Source: an uncultured Planctomycetota bacterium
Lineage (GTDB): Bacteria; Planctomycetota; Planctomycetia; Pirellulales; Lacipirellulaceae
Length of the DNA stretch: 64,000 nt
Direction: 5' to 3'
NCBI GenBank assembly: GCA_963719315.1
Contig: CAVRBU010000002.1
Coordinates: forward strand, 864,001 to 928,000
The position numbers and the translations under genes were made by a program. Each line of letters starts with the position of its first letter. The stretch's first letter is position 1. The notes below the pieces were generated by a model, which was given only the letters and a program-made list of their open reading frames with translations, ran no database searches and was not told the origin of the DNA. This document shows positions 57,311 to 64,000 of this stretch, piece by piece.

Positions 57311-58597
57311 TTATACACCCTGGGGAATCGCCCAGTGGCCGCCTTGGCGATATGTGCGTTTCATGAATTGGCCGGCCTCGTCGTCACCCACGATCAACTC
57401 GCGGGCCGGGTCGAACACCAATGAGCGGCCGGTACGAACGGCGATGTTGGCTAGGTGAACCAACGCGACGCTGCGATGCGCCTCTTCGATCGGCGCATTG
57501 GGCTTGCCGCCAGATCGTATCGTAGCCAAAAAGTTATCCATGTGTTCCATGTTCTTACTGAACTCGAAACGTTCCTGCTTGATGACCTTGTTCCGTGGCC
57601 CAAGGATTTCCAGCTTGCCGCGCTTGCTGATCATCATTTTGCCTTCGGTGCCCATGAATTCGACGCCGTTGTCGCAGTTGTACGGGTAATTGGTGGACCA
57701 GATTCGCAACTCGAAGATGAGTTGGCGGAGATGACCCACGTTTCCGTCGCCCGGGTATTCGAAAATGCAGGTTGCCGTATCGGGGTACTGCTGATCGTCG
57801 TCGTGGAAGTACTTTCCACCGATCGCGGCAATCTTCGAGGGCAGCGTATCGACCCCCAAGCCCCAACGTGCCATATCGATTTCGTGCGTCCCATCGTTCC
57901 CCACATCGCCCGTGCCGAATTGATACCACCAGTGCCAGTCGTAATGGAAACGGTTGGCCTGAAACGGCGCGAACTCGGCCGGCCCGACCCAGAGATCGTA
58001 GTCTACGCCGCGCGGAGGTTCCGAGGGCTTGGCGTGGCCAATATTCGGGCGAAATTGCACGTCCCAAGCCTTGGCAACGAGCACCTGACCGATTGCTCCG
58101 TCCCGAAGCATTGCCATGGCCTCGCGCGTCAGCGGCGAGCTGCGCTGCTGCGTGCCATGCTGCACGACGCGATCGCTGTCCTTGGCAGCCGCTAGAAGCA
58201 ATTGGCTTTCGCGAAAGTTGTGGCTGCAGGGCTTCTCGACATACACGTGCTTGCCGGCTTGCAGCGCTAGAAGCGCGGCCGGCGTGTGCCAGTGGTCGGG
58301 CGTGGCGATCACGACCGCATCGATGGACTTGTTGTCGAGCAGGCGGCGCATGTCGGCCACTGCGTGCGACGAATCGGCGCCCGCTTGCTTGGCCGCTTCA
58401 CCGAGCCGCTCCGCGTCCGGATCACACACGTAATCGGCGTACTCGAAGAATCGGCGTCCTCGGCCGCCACAACCGATCAAGCCGACGACAACCTTTTCGT
58501 TCGGGCTGGACGCACGTGCAGACGCAACCAAGTGCAGGGCCGCCAAGCTGCTGGCGCTGGCGTTTTTTAGGAAAGCGCGCCGCGATGCTGTCGCCAT
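57311..58597 (-). CDS. Tat-exported Gfo/Idh/MocA family oxidoreductase
   Basis: SRRAFLK Tat motif, GLIGCGGRG, IATPDHWH, GKHVYVEKP, QHGTQQRS, GNDGTHEID. Confidence 0.92.
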   Translation of the reverse strand: MATASRRAFLKNASASSLAALHLVASARASSPNEKVVVGLIGCGGRGRRFFEYADYVCDPDAERLGEAAKQAGADSSHAVADMRRLLDNKSIDAVVIATPDHWHTPAALLALQAGKHVYVEKPCSHNFRESQLLLAAAKDSDRVVQHGTQQRSSPLTREAMAMLRDGAIGQVLVAKAWDVQFRPNIGHAKPSEPPRGVDYDLWVGPAEFAPFQANRFHYDWHWWYQFGTGDVGNDGTHEIDMARWGLGVDTLPSKIAAIGGKYFHDDDQQYPDTATCIFEYPGDGNVGHLRQLIFELRIWSTNYPYNCDNGVEFMGTEGKMMISKRGKLEILGPRNKVIKQERFEFSKNMEHMDNFLATIRSGGKPNAPIEEAHRSVALVHLANIAVRTGRSLVFDPARELIVGDDEAGQFMKRTYRQGGHWAIPQGV

Positions 58598-58628
58598 GGA
58601 ATAGCCTCTTGAGGGAAACGAACAGGCT

Positions 58629-59512
58629 TCAGGACTGACTCAGCATAGCACGCAGCTTGGGATCTTGGATAACGCGAATGATCGCGCTGTTATCCAGTTC
58701 TCCCAAGCCGGCCGCCTCGGCCTGTTCGAGAAGCTCCAGATGCACGGCCGAAATCGGCAGCGACGCGCCACCCCGGGCCGCCTCTTCCAGCATAAGCCGC
58801 ACATCTTTGATGTGCTGCGCAAGCGCGCCTGCGGCTCGAACTCGCCGTGAACCATCATGGGCCCCTTGGCATCCATCGTGCGGGAATAGGCTGGGCTATT
58901 GAGCAGCACTTGCAAAGCGTCTTCCATGCTCAGCCCTGCCGCCTCGGCGAAAACAAGCCCTTCGGCTAGCACGGCGCGATTGAGCCCAAGAACGAGATTC
59001 GTGACCAACTTCATCTTCGCCGCGTTGCCCCAGTCGCCGACGTAAAAGGTCTTGGCGGCCAGACAGTCCCACAAGTCGCGGCACAAAGCGAACGCAGCGC
59101 GGTCACCCGCAACGATCGCCGTCGCTTCATGATTGCGCGTCTGCTCGCTCGATCCAGAAAATGGCGATTCCAGGTACTTGATGCCGTGTCGAGCCAAGCG
59201 TTTCCCCAAGGCGATGGTCTGCTGGGGATCGCTGGTGCTGGTGTCGATGACGATTCGGCCTTCCAAAGGCCGAGAGTTCATTTGCAGAAAAACCTGTTCC
59301 ACCTGGTCTGAAGTAAATAGACTAAAAATCACTCGCCGACAATTTGCGAGCGGGTTTTCGCACCAGGTCGCACCGCGGTCCAAAAGGGGTTGGGCTTTGG
59401 CTGGCGTACGGTTGTAAACCAGGACAGGAAAGCGATCCTCAAGCAACCGCTCGGCTAATGCCGTGCCAAATAGCCCGGTTCCGACAAGACCAACCGGTTC
59501 AAGAATAGACAA
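58629..59512 (-). CDS. NAD(P)-dependent beta-hydroxyacid dehydrogenase family protein (apparent indel near 58820)
   Basis: GLVGTGLFG, YNRT..K, IDTST, SPFSGS, G.AAKMKLVTN; shifted frame gives QHIKDVRLML...GLGELDNSAII. Confidence 0.85.
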
Positions 59513-60052
59513 GGGGCACCCGTCTCAAATACGCGGGGAAAGTAATGGTCAATTGGCATTGTAGCCAGTAAACCTATTCTGTTGAGGGTGTTAGACGAGA
59601 CATTTTTGGAAACGAACCGTCTCGGCGGCTAATTTGCGGTTCAACGACGGTCCGAAAAAAGTACGCCACGACTGGGCGGCTGCCGACGAGCCGATTTCCC
59701 AAAAAGCGGCAGGCAGCCGTTGAAACGTGATGGCGACGAGATTCCCGTAAACCCCGTAAACGAAATGAAAGGATTTTTGTTGAAACTTCCGCAGATTAAG
59801 TCCATGATAAGGAATAGCTTCGCCAGATGCTGAAACCGTTAGATGGCATACCCAATTTCTCATCGTGCGTGATGGAGCTTGATTGGTGTGTTATTTAGTG
59901 ACGGTTTGAATGCCTATCAGGCGGGATCGGCGTGAGAAGAGATCGGGACATTTAAGTACCAAACGATGGTTTGTAACTGCCGTCGCAGGCCGTTGCCAAA
60001 GAAGACGGTTGGATTTTTCGTTTCTACACCTCTGTAATTGAAAGGCATGCTA

Positions 60053-60946
60053 ATGACCACGAAATTTAGATACGACATTCTTTGTCGCTTTATCAGTGGG
60101 CCAGGATTGTGCGCCGCCGCATGTGCGGTTTCTACGATCTGGGGGCTGGGAGTGCTTTCCGCTCGGGCGTCAACGACGCTCGCAGCTAGCGCCGCGGACA
60201 CTCTGATCGACACGACGGATTACTCGGTACTTGGCTCCAACACAGGCTACTGGTTCGCGAATTTTGGAAATCCTACCGCTGTCACTGGCGACGCGATGAA
60301 CAGCTTCGAGGCCAGCAAGATTCCCTACTGGATCCACCTCGATACCAATCCGGCCCACGTCGGCAAGGCCGACGACGGCACAACCAATGATACTAGTGAG
60401 TACACTGGTTTCTCTTTCAGCGATGACACCCCCATCTCTAGTTCTACGGGAGGGCAGACAACTTGGAACACTCTGATGCTGCCAGACGGCACGACCGGCA
60501 TTTCCGGTGCTGCTGTCGATACTTCAAATGGGTCAGCAAATACAGACAACTGGGTCTTTATGAGGATCCTTCCTGGGGCGCCGTCGACTGCCAAAATGTG
60601 GGTCGTGACCGATAACTGGGGATCTGGCGCCGTGAATGCGGATCCAAATTCGCGGCTCCGAGTGAGAACCAAATTACTGGACGGTACCTTCATGGACATT
60701 GGCGATATATCACAGGTCGACTCGATTCCCGGCAATCCGGTGATCAACAACGGAATTGCCGACGCATATGCGTTCACACTGACGGACATAACGCCAGGAG
60801 ACGGTTTACTCATCCGGATCGGCTCGGGCGCATTCCCAAGCCACGGCTCGATCGCCGGGGTGATGTTCAACCCAATTCCGGAGCCTTCGAGTATTGCGCT
60901 ACTCTTCGTCGGCTTGCTTGGTTTTGGTGTTCGGCCACGACGTTGA
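60053..60946 (+). CDS. PEP-CTERM protein with unrecognised extracellular domain
   Basis: Signal-like N-terminus; C-terminal IPEPSSIALLFVGLLGFGVRPRR; shares GYWF..FG, GGQ..WN...LP.G..G.SGA.VD, VVTDN, NGIAD with the next two genes. Confidence 0.8.
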   Translation: MTTKFRYDILCRFISGPGLCAAACAVSTIWGLGVLSARASTTLAASAADTLIDTTDYSVLGSNTGYWFANFGNPTAVTGDAMNSFEASKIPYWIHLDTNPAHVGKADDGTTNDTSEYTGFSFSDDTPISSSTGGQTTWNTLMLPDGTTGISGAAVDTSNGSANTDNWVFMRILPGAPSTAKMWVVTDNWGSGAVNADPNSRLRVRTKLLDGTFMDIGDISQVDSIPGNPVINNGIADAYAFTLTDITPGDGLLIRIGSGAFPSHGSIAGVMFNPIPEPSSIALLFVGLLGFGVRPRR

Positions 60947-61013
60947 GGCTAATTCCTGACATGAATTCGGTTACGGGTTTTCGTCCGTGCCGCGGAGGAC
61001 ATTCCGAGTGTCT

Positions 61014-62069
61014 TCAGCGGTCACGGACGTTTTTCTTTAGGCGCCAGCGACTCCCGCACAACGCACCGCTGGTCAGCAAGAGCGCAGCGCTGCCTGGCTC
61101 TGGCACGGCCGATGGTTCTCGCAACCCACTAGCAGAACCGTCGTTCGCCGAATCGCCGAAGTGCGATCGCCAGACGGCGTAGTCGTCGGCGTCGATCTCG
61201 TTATCGGAGTTGCCATCGGCTGGCAGGAAGTAGCCACTTTGGCCAACCGACTCTCGCCACACGACGTAGTCGGCGGCATCCACTTCGTCGTCGCGATTGT
61301 AATCGCCCGCGAGCGGCAGCGCTAAGTTGGGCTCGAACGTCGTATCGAATAGAAGACCGCCGAAGCTGGCGCCGAGCGCTGGGGCCGGATCGCCATTGAG
61401 TTGCAGCTTGATGTAGTCGCCGCCGGCGAAGCCGTCGTAGCGGAAGGTGTACACGTCGGCAACGCCGTTGAACGCGAGCTGGGCGGTCTGGGGGTAAGTG
61501 TTGGCTTCAATGTCGATGCCGCCCGAATTGCCGCGCGCCCGCAGCCGGTTCGTCGGGTTGTGCTCGGAGTCGGTGTTGTCGGTCACGACGTGAAAATAAA
61601 ACGAGCTGGGTACGCCGACATTGAGTTGAATCCGGTTAATCGTGTTGTTCGAATTTCCGCGCGTCGCTGGATCGACGATCGCACCGGACAGCCCGGCCTC
61701 GCCACTGGGAAGCTTGAGCGGATTCCACGTCGGCTGGCCGCCTTTGGAGCGCGACGGTCCATCCTGCGAAAACGTGCGAGTGGAAAAATTTGGGTCGGAA
61801 ATGCTCGTGGCATGATTGAGCGGGCCCGCCCACGTTGGCAGTGCATCGCGCGCGTTTTCGCCCGTCGGTCTGGTGGCCACGGGGCTGGTCGCGCCAAACT
61901 GCGGAAACCAATAACCCGCGTTGCCGATATTGAGCCGATCGAAATCAGTTCGATCGTAGATTACGCCGATGTACGTGATGCTCGCCGCTTTGAGCGGTAG
62001 CCTGGCCCCCAAGGCCAACGTCAACGCGAGCCAGCAGGACAAGCACGATAATAGAATCGGCTGCTTCAT
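61014..62069 (-). CDS. Secreted protein: unrecognised domain + dockerin-like repeat + PEP-CTERM
   Basis: Signal peptide; GDYNRDDEVDAADYVVWR..ADGNSDNEIDADDY.VWR; VPEPGSAALLL + basic tail. Confidence 0.82.
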   Translation of the reverse strand: MKQPILLSCLSCWLALTLALGARLPLKAASITYIGVIYDRTDFDRLNIGNAGYWFPQFGATSPVATRPTGENARDALPTWAGPLNHATSISDPNFSTRTFSQDGPSRSKGGQPTWNPLKLPSGEAGLSGAIVDPATRGNSNNTINRIQLNVGVPSSFYFHVVTDNTDSEHNPTNRLRARGNSGGIDIEANTYPQTAQLAFNGVADVYTFRYDGFAGGDYIKLQLNGDPAPALGASFGGLLFDTTFEPNLALPLAGDYNRDDEVDAADYVVWRESVGQSGYFLPADGNSDNEIDADDYAVWRSHFGDSANDGSASGLREPSAVPEPGSAALLLTSGALCGSRWRLKKNVRDR

Positions 62070-62836
62070 CTCACGCTCGCGGACGCTGCTTTGGGCTCGA
62101 ACACCGTATCAAAGAGAAACCCGCCGATGCTGGGGCCTTCCTGGTGATTTGGATCTCCGTTGAGCCGCACCTTGATGAAGTCTCCCTCGCCAAACCCGTC
62201 GTAGCGAAACGTGTAGACATCGGCAATGCCGTTGAACTTCAGTTCCTCGCCTTTTGGTGATGTGTTGGCCTCCAGGTCAACGCCGTTTGAGTTTCCGCGA
62301 GCCTGAAGGCGGTTCGTCGGATCGTGCTCCCTGTTTGTGTTATCGGTCACGATGTGGAAGAAAAAAGTGGGCGGTGTCCCCTTGCCAAGTTGAATGCGGT
62401 TGATCGTGTTGTTGGAATTCTTGCAGGCGTGCGGATCGACAATCGCGCCCGAGCGCCCCGTCTTACCGTAGGGAAGCGTGAACTCATTCCACTTCGGCTG
62501 TCCGCCCTTGGACCTCCCAGGACCGTCTTGCGAAAACGTCCGCGTCAAATAAGCCGGGTCCAAAAAACTGGTCACGTGGTTTAACGGGCCAGCCCACGCC
62601 GGCAGGGCGTCGCACACATTCTCGTCTGTCGGCCGTCCCGCAACTGGACTCTTCGCGCCGAATTGGGGAAACCAGTACCCGGCCTTGCCGATGTTCAACT
62701 GCTTGAAATCCGTGCGGTCGTGGATGACCCCGATATACGTGATCGTCGCGGCGGCTTCGACCGACTGCACCGTCACGCAAACCATCGTGATAGCGGCCGC
62801 AATGGCAAGGGCACGAGATTTGATCCGCTGCTTCAT
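62066..62836 (-). CDS. Secreted paralogue of the adjacent gene lacking dockerin and PEP-CTERM
   Basis: Signal peptide; near-colinear with 61014..62069 (ITYIGVI.DRTDF, GYWFPQFG, RTFSQDGP.RSKGGQP, NSNNTINRIQL); ATGA overlap. Confidence 0.8.
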   Translation of the reverse strand: MKQRIKSRALAIAAAITMVCVTVQSVEAAATITYIGVIHDRTDFKQLNIGKAGYWFPQFGAKSPVAGRPTDENVCDALPAWAGPLNHVTSFLDPAYLTRTFSQDGPGRSKGGQPKWNEFTLPYGKTGRSGAIVDPHACKNSNNTINRIQLGKGTPPTFFFHIVTDNTNREHDPTNRLQARGNSNGVDLEANTSPKGEELKFNGIADVYTFRYDGFGEGDFIKVRLNGDPNHQEGPSIGGFLFDTVFEPKAASASVR

Positions 62837-62914
62837 GAGGTTCGTTCTCGCTTCAGCAAAGGCTGCAGTTGCGCAAGACCACACGTCAAATGGAGTGGAG
62901 AACATTGGCCGCCG

Positions 62915-64000
62915 TCACGCCAGCAAGCCGTGTACTACTTTCCCGGCCACGTCGGTCAGCCGGTTTTGCCGTCCTTGGAATTTGAACGTCAGCTTCGTGT
63001 GATCGATTCCGAGTAGGTGCAGCATGGTTGCGTGCAGATCGTGGACGTGCACCGGGTCACGAACGATGTTGTAGCAGTAGTCGTCGGTTTCTCCGTAGGT
63101 GACGCCCGGCTTGAAACCCCCGCCGGCCATCCACATGGTGAAGCACCGCGGGTGGTGGTCGCGGCCATAATCGGTGGCGGTCAGCTTGCCCTGACAAAAG
63201 ACGGTGCGCCCGAACTCGCCGCCCCAGATCACCAGTGTATCGTCCAACAGGCCGCGCTGCTTCAGGTCGCAGATCAATGCGGCGCAGGCTTGGTCGGTCG
63301 TTTTGCAAAGCCGTTCCAGCTTCTTGGGCAACGAGTCGTGGTGGTCCCAATCGCGCTGAAAAAGCTGCACGAAACGAACGCCCCTCTCGACGAGTCGGTG
63401 CGAGGAGACAATTATGCGCGAACGTGCCGCGCTGTCGGCTGTCTGCACCGTACGACTCGAAGATGTGCTCCGGTTCATCCGATAAATCCGTTAGTTCTGG
63501 CACCGAGGCTTGCATGCGGAATGCCATTTCGTATTGGGCAATGCGGGCATCTATTTCGGGATCGCCCGACGCTGCAAATTCCATTTCGTTAAGGTGTGCG
63601 AGATCGTCGAGCACGCGGCGGCGGGTGTTGCCGTCGATGCCGGGTGGATTCGAGAGGAACAACACCGGGTCGCCGACGGAACGCAGTTTGACGCCTTGGT
63701 ACTTAGAAGGAAGAAAACCGCTGCCCCACAGCCGGTCGTACAAGGGCTGACCGCCCTTGCCCTCTTGCGATACCATCACCACAAATGCCGGCAGGTCGTC
63801 GGCCTCGTTCCCCAGCCCATAGGCGAGCCAAGCCCCCATGCTCGGCCGCCCCGCGATTTGCGAGCCGGTCTGGAAAAACGTCACCGCTGGATCGTGGTTG
63901 ATCGCTTCGGTGTGCATCGACTTCACAATGCACAGGTCATCGACGATTCGCGCTGTGTGCGGCAATAACTCACTCATCCAGGCGCCACATTCGCCGTGTT
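62915..64000 (-). CDS. DUF1501 family protein, 3' part (apparent indel near 63400; 5' end outside window)
   Basis: [81 protein letters not shown]. Confidence 0.9.

Overview
A GC-rich, gene-dense 64 kb segment with the hallmarks of a Planctomycetota (Pirellulales/Lacipirellulaceae-like) chromosome: two DUF1559 prepilin-like genes, DUF1501, PEP-CTERM/dockerin-like proteins, a Hint-domain protein and several REP-like palindromes. The taxonomy is inferred from gene content. In order: a ThiF/MoeB-like enzyme, a Ser/Thr kinase, glcDEF with a ferritin-like gene, a primary-type sigma70, an enoyl-CoA hydratase, a DUF190-ClpN fusion, a large membrane-anchored hypothetical protein, DUF2934, a secreted helical protein with a C-terminal Hint domain, an unannotated 43-aa membrane peptide behind a sigma54-type promoter, LysR-gltB-gltD, DedA, a DUF1559 plus DUF4198-like/Kelch pair, a cyclophilin, RsmD, cyanophycin synthetase divergent from an ABC exporter-DUF1854 pair, an expanded Cus-like RND copper/silver efflux cluster, a DUF1559-lipoprotein-PEP-CTERM module, a complete IS3-family element, DJ-1/PfpI, a GntR/LacI regulator with an orphan phage-like gene, a sugar-acid-type catabolic cluster, three paralogous secreted proteins of an unrecognised domain, and a partial DUF1501 gene. 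About 13 genes are split by apparent single-base deletions, most likely long-read errors rather than pseudogenes. No rRNA, tRNA or CRISPR array was seen. Family assignments come from motif recognition only; no database searches were run.
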